Shown here: positions 10,901-25,900 of the stretch, in pieces | How the letters are laid out: each line of letters opens with the position of its first letter | How positions within the stretch are numbered: the stretch's first letter is position 1 | NCBI GenBank assembly: GCA_964016885.1 | Contig: OZ024740.1 | Location: 326,368,001-326,432,000, forward strand | Source: Eledone cirrhosa | Taxonomy: Eukaryota | Direction: 5' to 3' | Length of the DNA stretch: 64,000 bases | Made by a program: the position numbers and the translations under genes | Notes under the pieces: model-generated | Databases searched by the model: none | Told to the model about the DNA's origin: nothing | What the model saw: only the letters and a program-made list of their open reading frames with translations

Positions 10901-13900
10901 ATACATCCCATGTCCATATTAGCACAGTCTTCTCTCTTGAATGCTCTGTCAGATTTCTTTTATAGCCAAATTTTCTCTCAGCTCATCCATACTTTGTCAT
11001 TGATGCACATTAACATTACACATTCATGCTTCATTTCTTTCCTGCTTTTGCATATTCTTACTACTCATATCTCACTGTCATGCAACATTGTACCTCTCAC
11101 ACAGACATCATACAATCAACCTTTTATCTGGAGAGAAAATCTTTTATTGTTAACAGATAGTAGTTCCTTGAACCTTTTTCATCCTGTTCTTATTCTAGCT
11201 ACTATACTTTCAGAGCAGCTTCCTCAACTGCTAATAAGATCACCTAATTAGCAGAAACTATCAACTACTTCTATGGTACCTTCTCAGTATTAGAAAAACA
11301 TTTATTTCACTGATGCCCTTACTACTAGCTGTCCATGTACATCTGCCACATACAAAAGCTACATTTTCTGTTCGTAGCATATCACTTAAGTGGGTAACTA
11401 ATTCAAAGCAGCAATGTTTGATCAATGATATATGACTTAAAGAATGAGTTAAAGCAATGTGTATATATACATATATATATATATAGATATATACATATAT
11501 ATATATATATATATGAAGGACGATAGCTGTATAACAAAGTGCAGGGCAATAAAGATAGACGGTAGCCACGGAATAGGCAGACCCAGAAAAACCTGGGACG
11601 AGCTGATAAATTCCGACCTCACACACTTACACCTCACCAAGACAATGTCACTGGACCGAGACCTTTGGCGGTACTCAGTAATAGAGAAGACCCGCCTTAC
11701 CTAAATACAAAGTTAAACCTACTACAGTCAGTAGGCATCTCTAACAAAATACACCCCCGTCCCACCACCCCCACCCCATCCACACCGCCCTTTCAATGTA
11801 AAGTTATTTTGGTGCCACAACATCCAGGCCGAAACAAATGAGATCGTGTAGGTGTCACGTCAAAAAACACAGTTCACGCTGTAATGTGGCCGTGTAGGCA
11901 ACACGGTAAAAACCTCCCAGCCCCACACTGTAAATGTGGTTGGTGTTAGGAAGGGCATCCAGCTGTAGAAAACCCGCCAGATAGTCCTATGCGAGCAAGA
12001 TAACCACTCTTGCCTCAAGTGGGAAAACCCTCCGTCCAAACCCATGCAAGCGGGGAACACGGACGTTAAACGATGATGATGATGATGATGATGATGATGA
12101 TATATATATATATATATATATCATCATCATCATCATCATCGTTTAACGTCTATCTTCCACGCTAACGTGGGTTAGACGGGAATTGTCCCACTTGCGGCAA
12201 GATTGATCGGGATATATATATATATATAATTTCTCTGAAGAATCTTATGTATTGTTCATTCTCTAAAACCAGCTGATAGAACAGAGTGGAGCTTTCAAGC
12301 ATTTACTGGCAACTGAAAAAAAAAATGATACGAAATTTGAAATTCTGGAAGAGAACCTTCATGAAATGATCTATGATAATAAGGTAGGAGTGACATATAA
12401 ATTAAAGCATAGATTATGGATAAGGCAAATTGGCAGAGTCGTTAGAACTTTTAATAGAATGCTCTGAAGTATTCATTTGTCTGCTCTCTGAGTTCAAATC
12501 CTGTCAAGGTTGATAAAAAAAGTACCACCCTAGTACTGGGGTTGATTCTTCCTCTGTGTCTCTTTCTCACTTCCATTCCCTCCCTCAACCCTTCACTCAA
12601 GGAAATCTGATCTAACTAATTATTTTCTACCATTTATGTATTCTTTTCCTATGCACCTTATTACTTTAATATTTTGCCCTTTTCTTACCAAAACCAATTC
12701 TCATATGCACCTTATTATTACTTTAATATTTCATTTTTCTCCTTACCAACACCAATTTTTCATACACGCTCCACACTACCCCCTTCCCACAGACATATTG
12801 TTTTTCGATGACCTTAAACTCACTACTGACTTGACCTGAAAGAAACCAGCCTTATTCGTTTTGTCCTCATAAAACATTACAGCTAAGCCCTAAAAATAGA
12901 TGGACACATTGGATAATATAAGGCTAGATAAACTACCATATTTGATGGCTTATAAGACACTTTTTTTCAAAAAAATGTTTCAGAAAATCACCTTGCATCT
13001 TATAAGGTCAGTTTGATTTACTGGCTAGTGGAGTTTTAGTGCTGCAGTGGCCCTTAAATTAAACCTCAAACATATCCGCAAGTGTAAGAAGGTGGCGATT
13101 GCTTCTAAACTAATATTACAACTAGAATTACAATATAGAATGACGGTAAAAAAATATGGTGTACAAACTTTATACCCTTCACCAGACATTCGTAGTTTAA
13201 CCCTATAGCATTTACATTACTCTATATACAGTAAAATTCCTTTATAACGAAATTCACGGGGTATAAAAAATGTTGTTGTAACAAAAAATTCTTTATAACG
13301 AGATCAACCATAACAAAGTGTTTGTTTGTCCTTGGGGATTGAAAAAAATTTTGTTATGGTTGGTTTGAACAGAAAGAGGTGGGAGAATTCTGGATGAATA
13401 TGGCCAGTTAAAATGCTAAAGGGATAAACCCATTTATTTATTTATTTTTTTTAAATGCCTACCCACATTGAGGTGTGTCTTATAAGCTCATGCATCTATA
13501 AGCTGTCATTATGGTAATCTGAAAATACAGACTAGATGGTCATGGTTAGAATGTTTTTGATCATAGATCTGCTCAATCAGGGATGACCTTGGCCTAAACA
13601 ACAATAAGAGCACCACATCAAATAGTTATTATTTAGTGATTTTTCACTCCTGGTCTTAAGACTCAATCACATTGAAAGTTGTTCTTTAGTACAAACTAAA
13701 CTGTTGTTTCATGTTTCATAAAGTTAATGGCTGTAAGTAGTTGTAGATGTGGTGAAAAGTCTCCTGACAAATTTGGTTTTTATTACTGAAGAACTCCTGT
13801 TAGGAATTCTACAGAACAAAGTCACTTCTGTAAAAGCTCTTTTTGACACAATATCTCTATACTCACTTAGGGAGTTGATTTGACAGTGTTCCCACTAACA

Positions 13901-16900
13901 ATAAGCAGCTTAGGCAGTTGTAGTGTTCTATAAACCGTTTTAATAATTAAAAAAAAAAAAATTTAAATCTAAGGAAATAATTGTTTCTACTTTAGGCACA
14001 AGGCCAGCAATTAACCAGTGCATTACTGGTACTTTGAACTCAGATCGTAAAGGGACGTAACTATGCTGGAAAGCATGGCATCCGACCCTCTACCGATACT
14101 GCCAATCCACCGCCCTATAATTCTCAGGAAATAATTGTTTCTACGTTAGGCACAAGGCCAGCAATTACCCAGTGTATTACTGGTACTTTATTTTATCGAC
14201 CCCGTAAGGATGAAAGGCAAAGTTAACCTCTCATCCTTATAAGAGACATTCTAGACAGCATAATTCTCAGGAAATAATGCTGTCTAGAATGTCTCTTATT
14301 AAACAGTTTTGTTATGATTTTGTTGCAGACTCTGAAGAAAGCTATATCTTGTTTTGAACATGAACATTTCAACAGATCTCAACCAGCATTAGATTTTGAA
14401 CAGGTGAAGTCATATCAATTTTTATAAAATGTTTTCTTTAAGGGTAAGGGTGATGGAGTGACAGAATTAGTAGTGTAAAACGTTGTGAGGTATTTCATTA
14501 TTTTCTGTGTTCAGATCCTGCTGGGAGCAACTTTGAATTCCTTCCTTCTTAGTTCAAGTGAAGGCCCATGGCTTAGTGGTGAGAGAATTGGATTTGCAAT
14601 CATGAAGTTGCGAGTTTGATTCCCAGACTGGTTGATGCATTATACCCTTGAGCAAGACACTTTATTTCACGTTTCTCTTTCTGTCAGGAGTTCTGATCAG
14701 TAGATAGTATCAGCAATGGAAAGACAAATGAAAACATTGTTTCTTTGGTTCGATTTGACAAGTTCCACTCCACTCAGTAAGTGAATGAGGCCTGAGAACT
14801 TGTCAATCATATCTTCTTTCTTTTCTTAGTTCAATAAAATATTGCGTTGGTATGGTCACGTGATGCGCATGAAAGACGACAGCTGTATAAAAAGGTGCAG
14901 GGCGATCAAAATAGATGGTAGCCACGGAGTAGGCAGACCCAGAAAAACCTGGGACGACTTGATAAATTCCAACCTCACACACTTACACCTCTCCAAGACA
15001 ATGTCACTGGACCGAGATCTTTGGTGCTACACAGTAACACAGAAGACCCGCCTTGCCTAAGTGCAAAGCAAAACCTACAGTCAGTAGGCATCTCTTACCA
15101 AAATACACCCCGTCCCACTACCCCACCCCATCCACACCACCCCTTTCGATGTAAAGTTATGTTGGTATCACAACATCCAGTCCTAAATAAATGAGGTCGT
15201 GTAGGTGTCACAACAAAAAAACACAGTCCACGCTGTAATGTGGCCGTGTAGGTAACACGGTAAAAACCTCCCAGTCCACACTGTAAACGTGGTTGGTGTT
15301 AGGAAGGGCATCCAGCCGTAGAAAACTCGCCAGACAGTCCTATACGAGCAAGACAACCAATCTTGCCACAAGTGGGAAAATTCCCGTCTAAACCCATGCT
15401 AGTGTGGAAGATGGACGTTAAACGGTGATGATGATGATGATAATACCAGTTAGTTACTGGATAAATACAATGAACTATATGAAGGTGTACAGTCAAGTAG
15501 TTAGAATGTTGGGCTCACAATCATAAGGTCATGATTTTAATTCCTAAACGAAGCTATGAATTGTGTCCTTGAAGTACATAAGCTACCAGGATGCAACTGG
15601 CAGTGCTCTGACTAGTCAGCTGATTTGAAATAATTTAACCCTTTAGCATTTAAACCAGCCATATCTGGCCAAAATTCTCTCACCTCTTTCTGTTCAAACT
15701 GCCCATAACTGGCCACTCATACTGACATTAAGGTATTGTTCTCCAAATAAATAATATCAAAATCCTGTAGATTCGATATTATGAGATAATTATGTAAGAT
15801 AAAGCCTTTACCACGAAAATACAATAGTAAATATAGAGTAATGTAAATGTTAAAGGGTTAAGGTGGGAGATATTTAATTTTATGTTGATATCTGGGGGAT
15901 AATCATGAATAGATAATGGTTGGACAACTTTATAGTTTCAGAGAAGGTGATAGTTTGGAGTTGATGAAGAAATGAATGCTATTTGGAGTGTGTGTCTGAA
16001 TGTCAGTCAGAGATGGATATATGGGATGAAACTAACTGATGTAAAGAGTTGAGGATTGGAATATAGCAATTCTTTTTCTGCTCTGACATCATTAGAAAGA
16101 ATAAAGAAGAATTATGAACATTGACGTCAATGACCTTGATTTAAGAGAGTTGTGAGATGAAATATATTGTGCCAGGTTTTAAATTGCTCAAGAAACGCTG
16201 TATGTCAACATAGTGTCCCTATGGCTCCATCAGGAGTTATGTGTTTATACATGCATACTAATAGATATTGGTTTTCTTTCTGAAACTAAAATGGTTAACA
16301 CCAAATGGAGGAAGTTGAATGAATTTAATTCCACTGATCAGCCACTTGAGCTGCTGTTTTTCTATCATAACATCAAATCAACCTGAGCCTTGTGAATGAA
16401 ATTGGTTGATAGAAGCTGTGTGGAAATTCATTAAATGAATTGTACCTTTTCTTGGGTTCATGAAGCAACTGAGAATACAAGATTTTCCCCTGGACAGGAT
16501 GCTAGTCCATTGCAATGTTAAACCTCCAGCTATTGATGGTACTCATTTTCAGCTGAGTATACTGGAGCAATGTGAAATGAAGTGTTTTGCTCAAGAACAC
16601 AATACACAACCCAGCCCAGGAATCGAACCCACAACATTATGATTGTAAGTGTAACACCATTACCACCAGGCGGTAGACTTAATCTATTGCATGCTTTTAT
16701 ACCACCTCTGATTGTAAGCATTCTAAATTTCTGGTCTGGCAATAATTCATGTGTCATATAGTCTCTTTTTCCTATTCTCCTACCTCATCAGTCTTGTAGG
16801 CCCTGCAAAAAAAAAAAAAAAAACCTAAATATTTTTCTTGGTAAAATTTGAATATGAAATGTAAAAGCTGAAATTAACCTTCCTGGACCAGGTGATGCAT

Positions 16901-19900
16901 TGTGTTCTTGAGCCAGATATTTCACATTGCTCTAATTTATTCAGTTGTAGAAATGAGTCATTACATCACTGGTGCCAAGCAGTATTAGCCATTGCCTTTC
17001 TCTTGGACAACATCAGTGGTGCGGAGAGGGAAGACCAGTATGCATATGTGACTGCTGGTCTTCCACAAACAACCTTGCCCAGACTTGCTCCTCAGAGGGG
17101 AACTTTCGAAGTGCAAATCCTTTACCCTTTTAAATACATTAATACAAATTCCTGCCCCCAGATTTAATGAGCGAGCCAAGGATCTACTGAATCAACAACT
17201 GAATTTCTCTGTGATCACCTCTATTGCTAGAAATAACAGTGAAATCTTCCTCAAATCTTAACCTACTCTTGTGTAATGTAATAAAAAGTACACTACTTTT
17301 GTGTTCATCATCTTCAACACCTTGAAATGTCTAAAATATTAATTATGGTAGTTCTGTATTATTGTTATTGTTATTGTTGCCGTTTTATTTGTCAGAGTCA
17401 TAGTGAGAAATTTGGAACAAGGGACAGTCTGCCTGAAACCTTTGTAATGGCTGAACGAGAACGAACACCAACGCCAGTCGTTGAAATGGAGAAACGTATA
17501 AAAGAACAGGTAAAGTTGGCTGCATTTAAATGTTAAGTAGATGCAAAATTTCAGTGCTTTCTTTTTTTTATTTATTAAAGCATATCAGGTGCATTAGATA
17601 ATCTCATGCTGTCACGTGTAGCTTTCTATATTAATGTCATTGCTGCTGCTGCTGCTACTGCTGCTGCTGCTTCTTTGCTCACTGATTTTTAGGAGGATTG
17701 TGGTGGCAGAGTCCTCAGACATGCTTTCCAAAGGGCTCTAAGAAAGTGGCACCAAGATACTTGGACTTCTTCATCTTCTTCAGTGGGACTCTAACCCCAT
17801 ATAGCATGCACTGACCAGGTTTCATGAGAGGGCAAGTGTCTTAGTCTTTGCAGCACTGATTTTTATTCCTGCTATGCCACGCTTGGTAGCAAACCTATCC
17901 AGTGTTTGCTGGAGATCGTAGCAGAGCTGTTCTTCTTGAGAATGGGTCATAAATAGTGGATAGAGACACAGCCACTACATATGATAGTTAGTTGTGACAT
18001 AACTGGGGTCCTACCAGATGAATAAGCAACCCTGAACTAAACAGTGATAAGCCACTTAGGGTAACACTGTTAGCTCTCAAGAAAACTCTAACAACCCAAC
18101 ATTGTTGTTATGAAAAGGCAAGTAAAAGCCACCTTTAAAAAAGCCTAGTCTTATCCTGATCCACTTGGTTCTGATGTTCTGATTGCATCTACCCTGATCC
18201 GATTCTCTTCAAGTTACACTACATGAGGATGAAGATTTGAGATAACAGACTTATAATGTTATTTTTTTGTCATTGTTCTTGTTTTTTACTGCAGAAAGCA
18301 CATCTCTATAACCAACTGCAATTTATAAACCAATTGGTGACAACGAAATATGACCGTATTGAAATGGAAAAGTTTAAAACATCTTTGCTAAGTTCACTGA
18401 ATAAATTCTTTAAAGATGAAAACAAAGATGAGGAAGAAGTCTTTACAATTGTGTAAGGAAACTATTATATTGTGTAACATATTTTTAGGTCTCATTACTC
18501 TTTTTCACAGGCAGCAAAAAGCAGTATTCATTCCAACACTCTGTTCTCTTTGAGTTCAAATCCTGCCAAAGTCAACTTTGCCTTTCATCCTTTTGAAGTT
18601 GATAAAAAAAGTACCAGTCTAGTACTGGGAGTCGATTCTTCCTCTATATTTCTTTCTCAGTTCCTTTCTCTCATTCTCTATCCTTCTCTGGAAGGAATCA
18701 GCTGCGTTCAGACCTGTAGAGGAGATTGGCTCAACCTGGTTTAAAGTACCCAACACATGCTGTATGTCACAATAGCGCCCTTATGACTCCACCAGGAATG
18801 ATAGGTCCATACATGCACATTCTTATTCACTGTGTAGGACAAAATCCTTGCAGTATTTGTTCTAATTTTCTTCACCTTGAGTTCAAATCCTGCTCTAGTC
18901 AACTTAAATTTTGATTCTTTGGTGGTCAAAAGTACAAATTTAGGGCAGTAGATTAGGAGAATTGTTAGAGCATTGGATAAGTTGTGGAATTTATTCCAGC
19001 TTTTTACTGAGTTCTGAGATCTTGGGTGGTAGACTAAAACCACAGCTCTGTTTAACACTGTCACTTGGCTCTTGAGGTTTTAGCAAAGATGTTGGTTGTG
19101 TGTTGATGTGTGATTGCAATGGGGAAAATGAGAAAGACCCACCAAAGCATTGTGACAAGGAATCAAAACTGCTAATTTAGATGATTTTACTATTATTTTT
19201 TCTTTTCCTAGCAAAAGTGATCCAGAAAAATGTTTATCATGTAATAAACCAGTGAAATTAAAATCACCGTATGTACTTATATTTTATTGTAAATGTAATT
19301 CTTTTGAAATATCAGCACTTTATGTATATCATATATTTTTTTAGTTACTGTAAAGCATTAATGGGTGCCTTCCATTATCTTGGAAATTATCTAGCATCTG
19401 AGGAAACTAGTGTTGGTCTAGATCAGCAAAAAATAGTGAGCCTGAAATATCAGATTCGTTTCTTTCATCGTTTTCATCTTACTTATCCACTGACCGTGCT
19501 TATATAATAAGTATTTAAAACAATGACAAAAAGCATTCAATTAAAAAGAATTTGAGGAATAAAAACTTGTAAAATTGTTATTTACTAAAGGATTCCTCAC
19601 CAAAGTATACGCCACTTCACTTCCCTTTGCTTTTTCCTTGACCTTCCAGTATTGAGGTGGTGCTGCAGAGGGGAGCTGGTTACTACCCCTTTATTCATCT
19701 CTGTCTTAAGCCAAGACTTTGGTTGTTGCAGAGTCTTTACTGGTATTATCCAACCAATTCTTCTTCAGATGTCCTTGTCCCTTGTCCTCTTTTCCCCTGA
19801 ACTGTTCTTAGATGATAGTCTTGATCAATGCATCAGATTTTGTCATGTGACTGTACCATCTCGTTTTCTTTTTTTTCTTCTTTACTGTGGTTAGCAGGTC

Positions 19901-22900
19901 TTTGTAATTGGCCACATGTTGCCTGATTGTCATGAATGCCTTCATTGCTTTTCTGTTCTATATAGGAAGTGCCTATGATTTTTCTGTACATCTCATTTTG
20001 AATGTCAGTATTTTCCCTGTAATTCTGCCATGAGTGTCCACATCTCACAAGCATATAAAATGTGAAGAGTACTAGAGAACACATGAGTTTCAGTTTAGCT
20101 TTGAGACTGGCAGTTTCATTTAGATAGTTTACTAAACTGATGGATGCTCTTTTGTCACCAGTTATTCCTAAGAAGCAACTAAAAGTGTTAATGTCAAGAA
20201 GAGCATCCAGCTGTAAAATATTGCCTCAAAAAGTTCCATCCAACCCATGCCAGAATGGAAAAGTCAACATAAAAACGATGATGATGGTAATAACACCACA
20301 CTGAAGGGCAAGAAATATTAAGTGTAATAAGAGGATGAGAGACGGTGTGTCAAGTGGCTGTTAATATGTAACTAGGTAGCTCATTGATATACTGACATAA
20401 CTCAGTAATTAATTATGAATTTATTAAACTTTTTACTAAAATATTATTTTGTATTTACAGTTCAGAGATTTCAATAGATTCTCCCACTAGAAGTCCACTA
20501 TACAAAACATTGGACAAAAGGCAAGATTTTATTACTCTTTATAGCATTTCTTTCTTTCTTGTAATATCTGTTTTTGTTGTATCTGTGTGTGTGTGTGCGC
20601 GCACATAGATGTTCATGTATTTGTGAGTATGATTAGCAAAGATCTACCTTCTTTTAAAATAGTCACCAGTTTGCTATTTTTTTAAAATGGCTAATGACAG
20701 TTTACTAACTGCTTTTAAAAGGATTACCAAAGCATTGTGACCTTTAGTATTATGTAGGCTATATATAAAAATTGAATATCATGTAAGATAATATAATAGA
20801 GTTGTTTTATCTATAAGGGCAGTAGATATATTTAAGATATATCTACTGCATGCTGATGATTTAGTCCTCATAGCTGAAACTATAGAAGAATTAGAGATTA
20901 AGTTATGACTGTGGAAACAGAATTTGGAATCTAAAGGGCTTAGAGTAAACTTACCCAAAAACTAAAGTGCTTGTAATAAAAAAAGAAGACAGAATTTTTT
21001 CTAGGAAAAATCCATAGAAAAATCCATAGCTTCTGCTATCTAGGTGATTTGATTAGCAGTAGAGGAGGATGCTTTGAGAGCATAATAGCTAGAATATGAT
21101 TGGGTGGAAGGTGTTTAAGGAACTACTAACTCTGTTGACAACAAAAGGTTTCTCCCCCTGAATGAAAGGCTGGCTTTATGTTGCCTGTAGGTAAAGTGCA
21201 TGACTCTGAAATATGGACAGTGGCTGCAGAGGATATGTACGGTCTGGAGAGAAACAAAGCAAGCAAGTTTTGATGGATGTGAAATGTTAAGAGAATGACA
21301 GAGCTTGGATGAACTGAGAGAAGAACTGAGTATAAGAGGAATCAAAAGTAATGTACAAGAGAGAAAACTATGTTGGTATGGACATGTGATGCACATGGAT
21401 GGTGATTGCTGGGTGAAGAAGTGCCAAGAAATTCCAGTGGAAGGTAGCCAAAGTAGAGGAAGGCCAAGGAAGATATAGGCAGAGGTGGTGAGAGCTGATC
21501 TCAAATTGGCAAAGCTCACAGTGAAAATGATGAAGAATTGTGATACGGTGCTGAAAAGTACCCACCCAATCCATGCAAGCATGGAAAAAGGATGTAAAAA
21601 TGATTTTAACTCTCTATATTCTGTGTTCAAATCTTGCTGCAGTTTTCTTTCCCTTTCAATTCACAAAATCAATAAAATAAGCAACAAAGTTGTTATTATT
21701 TTTATGGTTAGGACAGTGGATTGGCAGTATTGGTAGAGGGTCGGAGCCATGTTTTGCAGCATAGAGTTACGTCCCTTTATGGTCTGAGTTCAAATCCCGC
21801 TGAGGTTAACTTTGCTTTTCATCCTTACGGGGTCGATAAAATAAAGTACCAGTAATGTAATAGATAATTGCTGTCCTTGTGCCAAAAGTAGAAACAATTA
21901 TTTTTATGGTTAGGACAATGGATTAGCAGAATCGCTATAGCCTCTACCACAAAAATACAACAGTACATATAGAGTAATGTAAATGCTAAAGAGTTAAACA
22001 TCTATAAATTACTTGAGAAGAAACATGAACAGGAAAGGAATTTCCAAGTGTTGACATTCCAGTTGGAATGGAGCCTGAAGGGCAAGAAAGGTTAGGGGTG
22101 GTAAGATGATTGGAGACAGTGTGCCAAGTGTATCTGATTGGAAGGTGATATGTGTACCACAGAGATCTGTTCTTGGTCCCCTTTTATTTGTGGCACATAT
22201 TAATGACATAGATGCCAACTTAAAGAATGCCACAGTACTGAAATATGCAGATCACATCAAGCTGTACCTTCAGATAAAAAGGACATATCCTGAACACTTT
22301 AGATCTTTCCTGCAATCAGACCTGGACACAATGCAGCAATAGACCATGGACTGGCAACTCAAGCTGGCTGTGGACAAGTGTACAATCATGCATTTTGGGA
22401 GGAAAAACCCAGTGTCCACGTACTCCCAACACAACACTAATATCAAGAAGTCTTCTTGTGAACGTGACCTGGGTATTACTGTCAGCAGTGATTTGCGTTG
22501 GACGAAAATTGTCAAGAAGGCTGACGATGTCTTGGCATCACTCAGCAAGACCTTTGTCAGCCGCTCTCCAGATATCTATTTAAAGCTGTATTTAGCTATG
22601 GTGTGGCCACACTTGGAATTTGCATCACCAGTCTGGAACCCTTATCTTGCTCAAAACATTGACCTCCTGGAAACTATTCAGAGACGTGCAGCCAAGCAAA
22701 TACTCTCCATCGGGCATTTACCATACTCTGAATGCCTTGCTTCCTTGGGCATGGATACATTGAAGCTCCGACCTCTGGCAACTGACTTGGTAAACACCCA
22801 CAAAATTATTAACCATCTTGCCAACAACAGCCCTAAGCACTTTCTGATTTCCATGTGTCTAACACAGGTGGGTATGCCTACAAAGTCAGAAAACAGCACA

Positions 22901-25900
22901 GCTCTCATGACTTTCGGAAACATTTTTTCACACTCAGAATTGCTGAAGCATGGAACAAACTACCTGCATCAGTTGTTAGCTGCCGAGACACTGCATCCTT
23001 TAAAACCTCCATGCTTCCTGAGATTCGCCAACACTATACCTGATATCCCCCCTCCATGCACACACACACATGTATATCATGACTCATACACTATTCATTT
23101 TCCTGACATTTGTACATTGTTCTATGTGCTGTACCTTTGATGAGTTGTTGTGTACCTGAGCACTGTACACAAAAGTTTCATTATTATTATTATCTAACTA
23201 GACTGCTTAATGATATACTGACATAACTCAATTCTTTATAACACTTTCATGTGAAGAATTACCTGTAAATTTATAACCATATCATTTGTCTTTACAGTGA
23301 AATAGATACAGCATCTGCTTCCAACCTGCTTTCATGTCATGGGAGACATGCCACTGGTGGTCCATACTTTAGAATAAGGCAAGATATAATATCTATCTAT
23401 CTGTTTATCTACACACACATTTCTTATTATAGAAATGACTTCTAAAGGACTTGAACTGTTTAATTTGTAAGAAATCATCAGCAAAGTACCTTCCTGGTGA
23501 TTTCTTATGAATGAAACAGTTCTAGTCCAGTGAAGCTCCTTAGAAGTTGTTGACAGCTTTTGTTACCTAAGTGACCAAATTAGCAGTTGGCAGAATGCTC
23601 TGAAAGTGTGATAACCAGAATAAGAACAGGCTGGAAGAAGTTTAGAGAGCTGGTACCTCTACTGACAACAAAGGGCTTTTCTCTCAGATTGAAAGGTAGA
23701 TTGAATGATGTAGTGAGTCATGGGCCTTGACCATAGAAGACCTGTGAAGGCTAGAAAGAAACGATTTGTATATTCTCCAAGTGTTGTCCAAGGGTTCATT
23801 TTTATCAGACTATTACTTACACTCCATGAAAAAAAATTATAGCCTTGTACCATAGATGGAAATCATAATTTCTCCTAATTGTTCAGCCATAGGTCAGCCC
23901 AGATTGAGCAGATTTATGATCAAAGACACTCCAGCTATGATTATCCTATTTTTTTATATATCCAGAACTATATTCTTTAATGTGTTCTTTCTCTTTTTTT
24001 TTTTAAATGATAGTAGGATGTGATTTAGGGAGCTTTGGCTACTATTTCTAGCAAGTTGAGTGACTATGTAATGGCTTCTTTTTTCTGGTTTGTCACTGAT
24101 TAGTCAGAAGTCAGCCCTAATTAAGCAGACATATGATCAAAGACATTTTAGTTGTGACCCCCCACGTCTTATTATATATCCAGAAGTACATTATTCAATT
24201 TTTTTTGTTTCATTTTTTAATAAAAGACAGATGGTAGGGTGATTTAGCTGCTATTTCTAGCAGGTAAAACCTCATTGGCTTGAATCATTATTTCTTTTAA
24301 ATGGTATTGGTAAATTGGCCGTATTTAGTTACATCCCTTTATATTCTAAGTTCAAATCTCACTGAGGCCAGCTTTACCTTTCATCCTTCTGGGATATCAA
24401 AGTACTAATCAAGAACTGGAATTGATTTAACTAACTTTGCCCTTCCCCCAAATTTGCTGGCTTTGTGTTTAAATTAAAAATCAATACTTTGTTACATCTA
24501 TTTACAATCTCAGTCTAAATTCCACCGAGGTCAACTTTGTCATTTATCCATCTTTTGATAAATAAATTAACATTTGAATGTGTAGGCTTTATGTCTAAAA
24601 TAATGATTTTTAATTTAGGCAAAAGGCCAGCACTTTGTTGGAAGAGGGATGTTGATTACATTGACCCCAGTACATGACTGGTTCTTTATTTGAAGCCTCT
24701 AGTAACCAACTCAGTCAAAATTGGCTCTGGTTCTATGAAATAAAGTCACTCATTTTAAAGGTTTCCAATTTAAATTAAAATTTTCCAACATAACTTTTTA
24801 TAAGAACCTTATGTTAAGTAATTAAATAATTAATACTTTTAGTAAATTCCTCAAAATTCTTCATTAATTAATCAAAATAGAGTATTTCATTAGCAATGTG
24901 ATCATGAAAGGGTTAAAGACCCAAGAAGAATAAAAGGTTGACCTCGGCAGGATTTGAATTGAGAGAGCAGGGCCAGAATAAATATTGCAAAGCACTCTCT
25001 CCAATGTTCTATCAACTGTGCCAACAGTGCTGGACTTACTTATAAGCTGAATAAGCTATAACTTTTTAAAATATATTTTTATCTTATTAGTTTTTATTCT
25101 TTAACACAAAATCAATGGGTACCCAGACATACTTATGAAAATGGAAACTTGTTTACCTGACTGTACTTGGTTCTAATATATATACCGTATATGCCGGCGT
25201 ACAAGTCGATCTGCCGCATAGTTTGACCCCTAAAATTCTAGGCCTATATTTGCCAGATAAGACGACCCAAAAAGATAAGGCAGCTGCAGGGGAAATAATT
25301 CAAAAAATTTAGTAGCTTGCTAAAAGCCTAAGACACTTCTAAAACATTGTTGCAAGTGAGTTCTAACTCACTGAGTAACCTACCCTATGAGCTATGAAAA
25401 CTCATTGATATTATTATAATCTCTACGTTAAATAGACTTAGCAAATATGAGATTCAGTAAAAATAATTGTAGTGGGCTGCTAGAGTTATGGTAAGTGGTG
25501 TACATCGAGTGTTAGGCAGGCAGTTTCACTGTTTACTCCTCAGTGGTAAAGGTTTACATTTTATATTTGGATGACAAGTCAACCAAATATAAAATAGTTT
25601 TGAAGAGATATTTTTAAGCTCCAAATGTCGACTTGTACGCTGGCATATATGGTATATATATATGTATAGTAATATATGAGGTTATAGTGTAATAGTTCAC
25701 TATTTTCATTGGTAAAGTGAGTTAAGCTCAATGCACATTTTTATCCTTCGTTCTTCAGGAGTGAACAGTTATAATAGTAGAGTAGTTATATATGTATATA
25801 TGTTATTTCATTTTGTAATCATTAATAAATAATAAACATGTATAATTATTTTAAATTCTTTTACCCAAATTATTTTATTGAAGGGCCCCAAATTTCGTAT

